Below, piece after piece: positions 18,583-28,160 of a DNA stretch of 64,000 nt. The DNA comes from a virus. A program made the position numbers and the translations under genes. The notes beneath the pieces were generated by a model. It saw only the letters and a program-made list of their open reading frames with translations. It had not been told where the DNA came from and ran no database searches. Each line of letters begins with the position of its first letter. The stretch's first letter is position 1. The stretch lies in the IMG/VR virus record IMGVR_UViG_3300032313_001035; one strand, given 5' to 3'.

Positions 18583-20910
18583 ATGCAAAGAACAATCAAC
18601 AGCCCCGGTGTAGAAATTTTCGAGGATCGTAATTTCACTGTGCCAGTAAATGTCGGCACTAATGTGTTTATAACAGGTTTCACCCCACAAGGACCAACTG
18701 ATGAAGTGCTTAAAATCACTACTAGAGATGAATTGGAAACCATTTACGGAACACCTACCAACAGTGCGGAACGGTATTTCTATCATTCTGTAAGAGAACT
18801 TCTGAATTCTCCTGCCAATATCTATACTTTCCGTTTGCCCTATGGTACTGAGTTGGGTGAAGGATTTAACCATGTCCACACTGCACTGATTTACCCTGTG
18901 GTTGCCGCTGAACCACTTTCTGCTGATATTACTACAAATTTGAATTTATCAGCTGGAACTTATTTCTTAGGTAAGCCCATTCAAATTGAACTTACCCCCA
19001 CCGAATATATCCAAGCATCTGAAGGTTCACTGTTCAATTGGTCATCTACTGCATCTCTACTCAGTTCATTCACAACCACTAAAGCAGGGGTATTGTCTGC
19101 CATGGGTGGAGCGGGTCTGATCATTTTGGATAAAGCTCAAACAACTATTAATAATCAGTTTGAAGGTTACTATATTGGTATTGCTGACAACATTAATAAA
19201 AATCCAGCATCGAATTTCGATGCTATTACTCGTGCATATACTACAAGTTTGACTGCTGATGTTATTAAAGATGAGTATACCCAAATTCCTAATGGGACTT
19301 TGCAATTTAACTTGTCTGCCACAAGCAGTGGTTCTTCTAATAGTATCTCCCAAATTATGGAAAATCTTACCGATTACAACATTGATGGTCGGGAAGATGA
19401 CGATGTTCTCAACATTGGAGTGTTCAAACTTCGTAAAAGCGTATACGCCACCGAAGCATTTAAATTGGATTTTACCTTGGATACTGGTATCGTTGGCTCG
19501 ATTGACACGTTCAGAAAACAACTAAACCCATTTGGTGGTCCTGCTGTTCCTTTCTTCTTGGAAGCCCGTGATTCGATTTCTAGAAATGTTGAAGTGTTGG
19601 TCAATCCATACATTTCCAATAAATATGGTAATTCTTCGCAAGATTCTAGCGGTATGCCACTGAAAAAGATTCGTGTTGTTACTGATAGCTTGTTGTCTAC
19701 GACTTACAATACGATTTCTACCGCTTTAGGCACTACGCAAACAGTGCTTACAGCGCTTTCGACTGCGGTTGGTAAAGCAGATGCATTATTCCCTCTTGGA
19801 TCTTACAATCCTGTTGTAATCACACAAAAAATTATTGGTAATGTTCCTCGTAAACTCGACAGAGCTTTAGATTCTGTTAAAAATGATGAAGTGTATGACA
19901 TTGATGTAGTGGTCGAGGCTGGTATTGGAACTGTTTACAGTATAACAGAATCAAGTGGTTTGAGTTATTACGATGACACATTGTATAATACTACTCTTAG
20001 AAGTAAAATCGATCAATTCAGAACGTCAGGTGATCTGACTAATAACACTGATGCCACAACGATTCGTTCAAATTATAAAGCTATCTTCAGCAGATTCGAT
20101 GATTTCTGTAACGCTCCATCTAAATCGGGTGGTCGTGGTGACTGTATCTTCATTGCTGATCCGATTCGTCACTTGTTGGTAACTGGCAGAAATAATAAGA
20201 TTCTCAGTGACAAGAATAAGACTTTCCAGACTGATGTTTATTGGGCTATGCGCCACCAATTTGAATTGGAAAACACTTCTTACAGTGCAACCTATGGTAA
20301 CTGGGTGCAAGCATTTGATGAATTCACTGGCGAATTGGTTTGGATTCCGTTTTCGTCATATGAAGGTGCTATTATAGCTAGAAACGATGCTGCCGAATTC
20401 CCATGGTCGGCTCCTGCTGGGTTCAATCGTGGATTAGTAACAAACGCTCTTGATATTGCTATCAATCCTAACCAGAAACAAAGAGACGAACTTTACAAGG
20501 CAAACATCAACCCTGTTATGTTCTCTGCTTCGCAAGGTATCGTGGTGTTCGGTCAAAAAACCCTTAATCGTAAACCAAGCGCATTCGACAGAATTAACGT
20601 TCGTAGATTGTTCTTGGCTCTTGAAAGACCCACCAAGAAAGCTGCTCAATTCTTTGTGTTTGAACCTAATAATGAATTCACTCGCACTCGTTTGGTCAAT
20701 ACTCTCCAACCAATTTTCGAAAGAGCTAAACAAAATGGTGGTTGCGTTGATTACCTTATTATTTGTGATGATAGAAACAACACTCCGACTATCATTGATA
20801 ACAATGAACTGAAAGTTGATATCCTTATCAAACCAACCAGAACTGCTGAATTCGTGCTGTGTTCATTCACTGCTACTAGAACTGATGCAGTATTTTCGGA
20901 ATTAATTTAA
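18583..20910 (+). CDS. gp18: Tail sheath protein
   Basis: SPGVEIFE; PWSAPAGFNRG; FDRINVRRLFL; FEPNNEFTR. Confidence 0.97.
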   Translation: MQRTINSPGVEIFEDRNFTVPVNVGTNVFITGFTPQGPTDEVLKITTRDELETIYGTPTNSAERYFYHSVRELLNSPANIYTFRLPYGTELGEGFNHVHTALIYPVVAAEPLSADITTNLNLSAGTYFLGKPIQIELTPTEYIQASEGSLFNWSSTASLLSSFTTTKAGVLSAMGGAGLIILDKAQTTINNQFEGYYIGIADNINKNPASNFDAITRAYTTSLTADVIKDEYTQIPNGTLQFNLSATSSGSSNSISQIMENLTDYNIDGREDDDVLNIGVFKLRKSVYATEAFKLDFTLDTGIVGSIDTFRKQLNPFGGPAVPFFLEARDSISRNVEVLVNPYISNKYGNSSQDSSGMPLKKIRVVTDSLLSTTYNTISTALGTTQTVLTALSTAVGKADALFPLGSYNPVVITQKIIGNVPRKLDRALDSVKNDEVYDIDVVVEAGIGTVYSITESSGLSYYDDTLYNTTLRSKIDQFRTSGDLTNNTDATTIRSNYKAIFSRFDDFCNAPSKSGGRGDCIFIADPIRHLLVTGRNNKILSDKNKTFQTDVYWAMRHQFELENTSYSATYGNWVQAFDEFTGELVWIPFSSYEGAIIARNDAAEFPWSAPAGFNRGLVTNALDIAINPNQKQRDELYKANINPVMFSASQGIVVFGQKTLNRKPSAFDRINVRRLFLALERPTKKAAQFFVFEPNNEFTRTRLVNTLQPIFERAKQNGGCVDYLIICDDRNNTPTIIDNNELKVDILIKPTRTAEFVLCSFTATRTDAVFSELI

Positions 20911-20936
20911 TTATAGTCTAATAACTAAATAATAAT

Positions 20937-21530
20937 ATGCCTACTACAATTGAAAACTTCATGAATGTTGCGTCTCAGAAACAGTTCTCTAGGGACTTTC
21001 TGTTTCGCGTTAAACAAGTCGATATCACTGGTTTAAGACTAGACGGTGATAATGAACTGATTTATGCTAGATCTGCATCATTTCCTGGTAGAGATATTGA
21101 AAATAAACAAGTTAATTACGCTGGTCAAACTTTTAATTTACCTGGAAAATCATCTTATCCCGGTTCAGAAAGCTGGCAGATTGAATTTTATGCTGACCAA
21201 AATATGGACATTAGAAGTCAATTAGAAAGAGCATCAAGAACTCTTTTCAATAACGAAGGTCCAGCTGGTGGTAATATATGTATGCCCGGAAATGAATCAA
21301 CTATTACTTTGGAAGTATATAAAATTCCTTGTAATAGTGTCCTCGGAAATCCTATGCAATTGGGAACTATCATTCAATTAGTTGGTGCTTCACTGAGAAA
21401 TATCGGTGAGATCGGCTATGAAATTGCCGATGGCACAGGTGAGGTTAAAACATTTCCAGCGACATTTGCATTCCATTTCTATCGTTACTTCACATCTAAC
21501 GAATTTAATGGTGTATTTAATTCGCTTTAA
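20937..21530 (+). CDS. gp19: Tail tube protein
   Basis: Follows sheath; ASFPGR..VNYAGQTFNLPGK; FPATFAF. Confidence 0.85.
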   Translation: MPTTIENFMNVASQKQFSRDFLFRVKQVDITGLRLDGDNELIYARSASFPGRDIENKQVNYAGQTFNLPGKSSYPGSESWQIEFYADQNMDIRSQLERASRTLFNNEGPAGGNICMPGNESTITLEVYKIPCNSVLGNPMQLGTIIQLVGASLRNIGEIGYEIADGTGEVKTFPATFAFHFYRYFTSNEFNGVFNSL

Positions 21531-21545
21531 TAATTAACTTTTATT

Positions 21546-22160
21546 ATGTCGAGTCCTCGACCAAATGATTTCCTCGTCGCATTTTCTGGCGAGAATAAAT
21601 ATTGTTTATCTTTACCTATTCTATGGACAGTAACTATAGATGGTGTTATTGAAAACAGTATTAATGATATATTACAATCTGCGGGTGAAAAATGGCGAGC
21701 GGGTATTACTCCAAATGCCATGACTAAAAACGGTAATGTTTTACCAGCGCAATCTGTTACCACACCAGATGAATCTTCAAATTTTTCCGTTGGTAGTATA
21801 GGAGATGGTTCTTATGGTAACTTCTTACCTGGATATGCTCTGAATAGTAGAAATGACTTCTTATCAAGATCCTTTTCTATTAATTTTTTGGAAACTAAAA
21901 AAGATTTAGAGCACGAATTTTTCAGACCATGGTTAATCGCATTGAGCATCAAAGGTTTAATCGAACGTGGTCCATCATTAAAGTGTGATATAACAGTTAA
22001 ACAATATTCAAATAATGGCGAATTGCGTCGAGGTTATACTTTTAAAAAATGCTTACCCACAGGTATGGAGGGTTCTATTTTGGATTATAATAATACGGAT
22101 TTTCCCATAAAAAGTGTTACATTTAATTGCCAAAATTACGAACAAATAAAAGGTAATTGA
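21546..22160 (+). CDS. Tube-fold baseplate protein (gp54/gp19 paralog)
   Basis: SINFLET..FRPW; YTFKKCLPT; SVTF. Confidence 0.6.
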   Translation: MSSPRPNDFLVAFSGENKYCLSLPILWTVTIDGVIENSINDILQSAGEKWRAGITPNAMTKNGNVLPAQSVTTPDESSNFSVGSIGDGSYGNFLPGYALNSRNDFLSRSFSINFLETKKDLEHEFFRPWLIALSIKGLIERGPSLKCDITVKQYSNNGELRRGYTFKKCLPTGMEGSILDYNNTDFPIKSVTFNCQNYEQIKGN

Positions 22161-22163
22161 TAA

Positions 22164-22868
22164 ATGAAAATAACTTTTGAAGATTTGAAAAAATGTGTCG
22201 AAGAAGATGAACATTTTCTGATTGAATATTTTAATAGTTTTGAGGGTGATAACACCTATCAGAAATTTTCAAATATTATCAAAGCATGGGAAAAATGCGT
22301 TTCTTACACAATTAGCTTCAATGTTGATGGCAAAAATGTTAAAATTTCTCTATCATATATACTAGAACAATTGAAGAATTATTTCGATGAACAATTGAAA
22401 TTTGAATTTTCTGGTATTAAAGTTGTTTTGGATACCCCACTTTTTTTTAAAAAAGATATTAATATTTTATCTATTTCTGAATTTATACACAAATTAGAAT
22501 ACCTGAATCATAAAATACTTTTTGCTGAATTGGATGAAAATGAAAAAAATGAAATACTGCAAAATTTACCTGCCGAATTTTATAACAAACTTAGTGGTCA
22601 TATCATAGACTCAAAAATAAAAAGGGTGAGAATAAATCATCCATCGATACCTGATATGCATATAGATTTCTGGTCTTCTTACCCGTATGAAATGTTGAAG
22701 GATTTATTTCTTTCGTATAACATTGATTATTTTAGAGATATAATATATATTTTATCCAAAAAAATAGATGGTAATATATTATTGAATTCGACAATCATGG
22801 ATATCGATTATTATCTTGATAAAATTAAAAATGATAATATATCAGATTCTGATATGAATTTAGCTTGA
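22164..22868 (+). CDS. Baseplate hub assembly protein (gp26/gp51-like)
   Basis: EILQNLPAE; context; weak. Confidence 0.4.
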   Translation: MKITFEDLKKCVEEDEHFLIEYFNSFEGDNTYQKFSNIIKAWEKCVSYTISFNVDGKNVKISLSYILEQLKNYFDEQLKFEFSGIKVVLDTPLFFKKDINILSISEFIHKLEYLNHKILFAELDENEKNEILQNLPAEFYNKLSGHIIDSKIKRVRINHPSIPDMHIDFWSSYPYEMLKDLFLSYNIDYFRDIIYILSKKIDGNILLNSTIMDIDYYLDKIKNDNISDSDMNLA

Positions 22869-22896
22869 CAATTCATTTTTCATGATAAATACGTTC

Positions 22897-23628
22897 ATGG
22901 AAAATGATATTAAAAAGTTCTTAGAATCGATACAAGAATTAAAATCCCAATCTTTTAAAGTAGATAAAAAGGGTAGTAGGGAATCTTTTGAATGTAAAAA
23001 GATTTCTTTTAAACAGCAAAAGGGTCTTATTTCGACAGTAACAGAAGGAACTTCAGGTGTTTTGAGATTTCAAAAACTTCTGAATGACATTATCGTAGAA
23101 AACACTGGTATTAATGATTGGTTGACCACCGAAAAAGTTCCTTTGTTGATTCAGATGCGAATTGAAAGTCTTGGAAAAATTTTAAAATTAGATGGTAAAG
23201 AAATCGACTTAACGGCTTTAAAATTTGAAAAAAAATCAGACATCGAGACTACTAAAACTATTAAAAATGTAGTAGATGTTGAATTGAGAGTGCCTACTCT
23301 AGTAGAAGAAAATAAAATATTGAACTATGCAGTGGAAATTTTGAAAAACAACAAAGATAGTGATATTGGTAAAGATATAACTAATATTTTCACTTTTGAA
23401 ATTGTTAAGTATATCGATAGTATTACGTTTAATGAACAAACCATAAAATTTGATACTCTGCCTGTTAAAGATCGAGTAACAGTGGTTGAAAATCTTCCAA
23501 TCAGTCTCAATAAAGAAATTGTTAAGTATATCGAAACATTGAAAGATATTGAACGCGAACAATTAAAACTGAATGTTGATGATGAAACATTAAATATCGA
23601 CATCGATGTAACATTTTTTGATAATTAA
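22897..23628 (+). CDS. Baseplate hub protein (gp26-like)
   Basis: LLIQMRIESLG; LRVPTL; VENLP; C-terminal FF. Confidence 0.65.
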   Translation: MENDIKKFLESIQELKSQSFKVDKKGSRESFECKKISFKQQKGLISTVTEGTSGVLRFQKLLNDIIVENTGINDWLTTEKVPLLIQMRIESLGKILKLDGKEIDLTALKFEKKSDIETTKTIKNVVDVELRVPTLVEENKILNYAVEILKNNKDSDIGKDITNIFTFEIVKYIDSITFNEQTIKFDTLPVKDRVTVVENLPISLNKEIVKYIETLKDIEREQLKLNVDDETLNIDIDVTFFDN

Positions 23629-23629
23629 T

Positions 23630-23851
23630 ATGAAAAAAAATACAATACTTAAAAAACTGGATAATTACGAAGAGCGTATGGTCAAAATTATTGACGAAAT
23701 ACAAGACTTTTTGGATTCGATTGAGGACTCTGATGTATCTATCATGGCAGAAGATTTTTGCCAAGGTTTACTTGACTATGTGCAAGAGAATGATATATGT
23801 AATCTAAATGACATCAGAGAATTCATCGAAAACGATTATGAGACCGAGTAA
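23630..23851 (+). CDS. Small acidic hypothetical protein
   Basis: ORF. Confidence 0.5.
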   Translation: MKKNTILKKLDNYEERMVKIIDEIQDFLDSIEDSDVSIMAEDFCQGLLDYVQENDICNLNDIREFIENDYETE

Positions 23852-24719
23852 TAATATTTTAATTTTGGGTAATGGGTATGTTGGTGGGTATTTATACCAA
23901 CATCTTTTGAACAACAATTATAAAATCGATATAAAATCGAGAAAAGAATTGGATTACCATGATTCTGTAACGTTGCGCAAATACATATTGAATAATGATA
24001 TTAATTGTATTATTAATTGCTCTGGATTCACTGGTAGACCAAATGTTGATCAGGCAGAATTAGAGAAACAGGAATGTTGGAAGCTAAATGTTGAGATACC
24101 TTTGAAAACTAACCAATTGTGTGATATCTTAGATATCAATTATTTGCACATTTCGACGGGCTGTTTATATGATGGCTATGATAAAGACTGGTCTGAAGAA
24201 GACACTCCCAATTTTGGTTTATTTCAAAATTATAGCTCGTTTTATTCTAAATCCAAACATGCGTTCGAGAACTTATCGAAAAATCTCAGAGGAATGATTT
24301 TGAGAATACGAATGCCTTTCGGTTTAGATATCTCGCATCGAAACTATCTCACCAAAATTAAATCCTACCCACAACTTTTAAATTTGGTCAATTCTAAGAC
24401 ATATATACCAGATTTATGCAAATTTGTGGAGAAATTACTGGGGGATGCATATACACCATGGATTGGTAGAGAGATATACAATTTGGTTAATCCACATCCA
24501 TTAAAGACTGAATCAGTGTGCGCTATTCTGGAAGAATACGGTATGCACAATTCGAATTGGAGTTACGTCGATAGATCGGCGTTGAAAGCATACGCAAACC
24601 GTTCTAATTGCGTGTTGGATTCTACAAAGTCGAGAGATATACACGAGTTTCAACCCGAAGAACTCGCGATTAGAGAACATTGTCAATATATAATTAATTC
24701 TTCTAAAAAAAATGATTAA
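23838..24719 (+). CDS. NDP-4-keto-6-deoxyglucose 3,5-epimerase/4-reductase (NRS/ER-type, RmlD family)
   Basis: GNGYVG; GFTGRPNVD; STGCLY; EEDTPNF; SFYSKSK; LRIRMP; RSNCVLD. Confidence 0.8.
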   Translation: MRPSNNILILGNGYVGGYLYQHLLNNNYKIDIKSRKELDYHDSVTLRKYILNNDINCIINCSGFTGRPNVDQAELEKQECWKLNVEIPLKTNQLCDILDINYLHISTGCLYDGYDKDWSEEDTPNFGLFQNYSSFYSKSKHAFENLSKNLRGMILRIRMPFGLDISHRNYLTKIKSYPQLLNLVNSKTYIPDLCKFVEKLLGDAYTPWIGREIYNLVNPHPLKTESVCAILEEYGMHNSNWSYVDRSALKAYANRSNCVLDSTKSRDIHEFQPEELAIREHCQYIINSSKKND

Positions 24720-25455
24720 GAAAGCAATATGTTTAGCTGGAGGTAAGGGAACTCGCCTCCATCCGTTGACGAAAACAACTAGTAAGCAATTACTACCTTT
24801 ATATAATAAACCTGTAATTGCGTTTCCTCTACAAACTCTTAAAAGTATGGGTTACGATGATATTCTTATCATCACTGCTGACGAGGCACAAATGTTATCA
24901 TTTAAAGGACTTTTAGGTGATGGTAGTAAGTTTGGATTAAAATTATCTTATGTGATTCAAGGTGAGCCGAGAGGTTTAGCTGATGCTTTTATTGTTGGTG
25001 AAGACCACATCAAAAATGCTGATGAAATTTGTATGATTTTGGGCGATAATATTATTATCGATAGCAATCCAATAAATGCTACTCCAAATACTATCTTCAC
25101 ATACAAAGTTAAAAATCCAGAGGCATACGGCGTTGTCACAATTGACGACAATGGGGGTATAGATGAAATTATAGAGAAGCCCCAAGAATATGTGTCTGAT
25201 GACGCTGTTATCGGTTTGTATATTTTTAAAAATAATGTGGTGGATCTCGCTAAACAATTGAAACCATCCAAAAGGGGAGAAATAGAAATCGTAGATTTGA
25301 TTAAATTGATCAATCAAGAAGAACGAGTTAAAATACAGAGATTAGATGGTTTCTGGTTCGATGTTGGCGATTTCGATTCTCTTTTAGATTGTGCAAATCT
25401 CGTAAGGACTATTGACAAACGATCAAACCATGATATTGGTTTGGTAGGCATATGA
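24712..25455 (+). CDS. rmlA: Glucose-1-phosphate thymidylyltransferase
   Basis: LAGGKGTRLHPLT..SKQLLPLYNKP; PRGLADAF; EKP; KPSKRGEIEI. Confidence 0.92.
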   Translation: MIKKAICLAGGKGTRLHPLTKTTSKQLLPLYNKPVIAFPLQTLKSMGYDDILIITADEAQMLSFKGLLGDGSKFGLKLSYVIQGEPRGLADAFIVGEDHIKNADEICMILGDNIIIDSNPINATPNTIFTYKVKNPEAYGVVTIDDNGGIDEIIEKPQEYVSDDAVIGLYIFKNNVVDLAKQLKPSKRGEIEIVDLIKLINQEERVKIQRLDGFWFDVGDFDSLLDCANLVRTIDKRSNHDIGLVGI

Positions 25456-26393
25456 GTAAAGACACTGAGACTAATAATTTGTGGGTTGAGAAATATCGAC
25501 CAAAAGCATTGAAAGATTTGATGGTGGATAAATGGGTTTCCGATACCATTGAAAATTTTGGTTTGGATATGCCCAATTTATTGCTGACTGGTTCTGCTGG
25601 ATTGGGTAAGACATCCTTGGCTAAAATCATCGTAAATAATATTTTAAAGTGTGATCATTTGTATATCAACGCTTCAGATGAGAATGGTGTAGATACTATT
25701 CGTGAAAAAGTTATTGGATTCACACAAACCATGAGTTTCGACGGTAAACTCAAAGTGGTGATATTGGATGAAGCCGATTATTTGGGTAAAGCAGCACAAG
25801 CTATTTTGCGGAATGTTATGGAAACTTATTCCGCTAGCACCAGATTTATATTGACTGGTAATTACAAACATAAAATTATACCTGCTTTACAATCAAGGTG
25901 TCAAAATATCATCCTACGAACGAGTTTGAAGGATGTTGTTCGTCGTTGTGTTGAAATATTGAAAAAGGAAAATATCCTGTTGCCAAAAGAACAACAGAAA
26001 AATTTCTTAAAATTGGTGGAATCCTATTTCCCAGATATCAGAAAATGTATCAACGAATTACAGAAATATTCTTCATCTGGTTCATTTCAGATGAAATCTG
26101 ATGGTAGTAATAAAGAATTGATGGAGTTGATGCATCACAATCTCAATACAGGCAAAACATTGACTCTTCGAAAATATTTGATCGAGAATGACGAATTATT
26201 TGATTCTGATCATGAATCTTTATTACGAGACTTTTTAAACCATCTATATGATTTAGAGATAGATGACATCATAAAAAAACAAGCTATCATAATTATTGCT
26301 GATAGCTTGTTTGAGATGATATCGGTCACAGACCGTGAGATATGTTGTATAGCTTGTCTATTAAAATTAGAAGATATTTTTCAATCTAATTAA
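25452..26393 (+). CDS. gp44: Clamp loader large subunit (RFC-like)
   Basis: WVEKYRP; GSAGLGKTS; INASDENG; ILDEAD; LQSRC; FPDIR. Confidence 0.93.
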   Translation: MSKDTETNNLWVEKYRPKALKDLMVDKWVSDTIENFGLDMPNLLLTGSAGLGKTSLAKIIVNNILKCDHLYINASDENGVDTIREKVIGFTQTMSFDGKLKVVILDEADYLGKAAQAILRNVMETYSASTRFILTGNYKHKIIPALQSRCQNIILRTSLKDVVRRCVEILKKENILLPKEQQKNFLKLVESYFPDIRKCINELQKYSSSGSFQMKSDGSNKELMELMHHNLNTGKTLTLRKYLIENDELFDSDHESLLRDFLNHLYDLEIDDIIKKQAIIIIADSLFEMISVTDREICCIACLLKLEDIFQSN

Positions 26394-26404
26394 CAAAAGA
26401 CTGA

Positions 26405-27076
26405 TTATTTTCTTTTGGTGGTAGTTTTAGAAGCAGTTTTAGGAGCAGATTTTGCTACTTTTTTAGCCGCTTTTTTAGCTGGTGTTTTCGGTGTGGATCT
26501 TGCAGCAGGAGTAGAGGTAGGTGCTGGTTTTGGAGCAGGACTAGGTGCTGGAGATGGAGTTGGAGCAGGACTAGGTGCTGGAGATGGAGTTGGAGCAGGA
26601 CTAGGCGCTGGAGCAGGTGCTGGCGTAGGTGCAGGTGCGGGTGCTCCAGCTGCAACATATTTTAAATTGGTGAGTGCTCTGTTGACTTGAGTGCTCAACA
26701 TTTCAAACGCTTTATTGATAAGCAATTTTTGATTGTCTGGAATATTAATATTTAATTTGGTTAAATCCGACATAACATCACTTTTAAAATCTTCAATTTT
26801 ATTATTAACGCTGTTGAGATAAGAATCAATTTTAGCATTATCTCTTCTACCAAAGCCTGATTTGATATATTCTTTTGATTTATTATAAGATTCTCCGCTA
26901 TCATCAAAACCGCTCTTCATACCGTAACCAATTCCTTTTGCGAGTTCTTTAGTTCCTTTTATCGCGCCTATGGCTTGCGCTCCTCTTGCTTTAACTCTAT
27001 CGAACCAACTTTCGGTTAAAAGTTCATCCACCAAATTTGACAAGTTTTTTTGATCGTCGCTTGAATATTTTCTCAT
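26405..27076 (-). CDS. Late protein with Pro/Ala linker and Lys/Ala-rich tail
   Basis: PAPSPAPTPS repeats; PAKKAAKK tail; TAAATA upstream. Confidence 0.6.
   Translation of the reverse strand: MRKYSSDDQKNLSNLVDELLTESWFDRVKARGAQAIGAIKGTKELAKGIGYGMKSGFDDSGESYNKSKEYIKSGFGRRDNAKIDSYLNSVNNKIEDFKSDVMSDLTKLNINIPDNQKLLINKAFEMLSTQVNRALTNLKYVAAGAPAPAPTPAPAPAPSPAPTPSPAPSPAPTPSPAPSPAPKPAPTSTPAARSTPKTPAKKAAKKVAKSAPKTASKTTTKRK
26530..26605 (-). repeat. 30-nt tandem repeat (PAPSPAPTPS)
   Basis: tggagcaggactaggtgctggagatggagt x2.5. Confidence 0.85.
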
Positions 27077-27094
27077 GATATTATTTATTAAATT

Positions 27095-27340
27095 TTATTT
27101 ATTTTTCCAATTTACTCTCTTGGAACTTTTTTTCTTATACATTTTACCTTTTATTTTTTTACATTCTGCTTTTGTCGCACGACATGCTGGATATGAACCT
27201 TTTGAGGTATCATTTCTTCCACATGGGCCACCTGTCTTACAATTAATCCATCCTTTGAATTTTTTACCTTTTTTATCCACATGAGGGGCAAACCAATCAC
27301 GTAAATTTTCCAGTAATTGCCTTTGTGACAGTTGTTCCAT
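27095..27340 (-). CDS. Small basic Cys-containing phage protein
   Basis: LRDWF...GWIN..TGGPCGR...YPACR. Confidence 0.6.
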   Translation of the reverse strand: MEQLSQRQLLENLRDWFAPHVDKKGKKFKGWINCKTGGPCGRNDTSKGSYPACRATKAECKKIKGKMYKKKSSKRVNWKNK

Positions 27341-28128
27341 TATTTTATTTTACCTTTGCGTTTGACACACTTTTGAACATATCCAGAAGCGTAAGCACTG
27401 GGCCAGACATCATATTTACTTTTTGCTTTTGATTGGCATTTTGAACGTAATGATTGCTCATCTTCTTCACCATCGTTATCTTCCTCTTCGTCGCCAAAGA
27501 TTTTTTTGCCTATTTTTTCTTCCCAATCTTCTAATTTGCCGTTTTTATTTCTATCGGCTTTTTTAAAATCAAATTTTTCCATCAATATTTCATCGTAAAT
27601 TGTAGCCAATTCACTGGTGCAGTCCCAAGACTTGGATTCTCCTGCTAATTTAAGATTTGTTGGAGTATTCTTACCATTACCTTTGTCTGTTACATTGGTG
27701 ATGATATTGGGGTCTCTTTTCAATTGTTTGGGTTTGATAATAACTTGATCTTTTCTTTTGAATTGGGATGGAACTGGAACACCGTTTGCATAGTCTGCCG
27801 AATCGATCATATCGGGACATACAGTGACTCTACCATAAGTTCTACCACCACCATGATCCGCAGCGATTGTCAATACGACATCAGATGCTGTTTTATACAC
27901 GTTTCCAGCGGATGCACCAGATAGTTTATCACCCACATTAATGACTTTGATATTAAGACCACAAGTGGCTAAGTCATCTACTTCTTTTTTCAAAGTTGTT
28001 GGCATGTTTCTGTAAGTGTCTGTGTTTTTGTATCCTGTTCTGAATACCACATATTCACCTGGCAAGTAGCCGCCAACTTCGCCTCTACTTACAACACTTT
28101 CATAAATTGCATCAAATTTCTGTCCCAT
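27340..28128 (-). CDS. Putative internal head protein with EF-hand loop and basic C-terminal domain
   Basis: MGQKFDAIYE; DRNKNGKLEDWE; KYDVWPSAYASG..KC. Confidence 0.6.
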   Translation of the reverse strand: MGQKFDAIYESVVSRGEVGGYLPGEYVVFRTGYKNTDTYRNMPTTLKKEVDDLATCGLNIKVINVGDKLSGASAGNVYKTASDVVLTIAADHGGGRTYGRVTVCPDMIDSADYANGVPVPSQFKRKDQVIIKPKQLKRDPNIITNVTDKGNGKNTPTNLKLAGESKSWDCTSELATIYDEILMEKFDFKKADRNKNGKLEDWEEKIGKKIFGDEEEDNDGEEDEQSLRSKCQSKAKSKYDVWPSAYASGYVQKCVKRKGKIK

Positions 28129-28160
28129 GATATTATTTATCAAAATAGCTAAATAATAAT

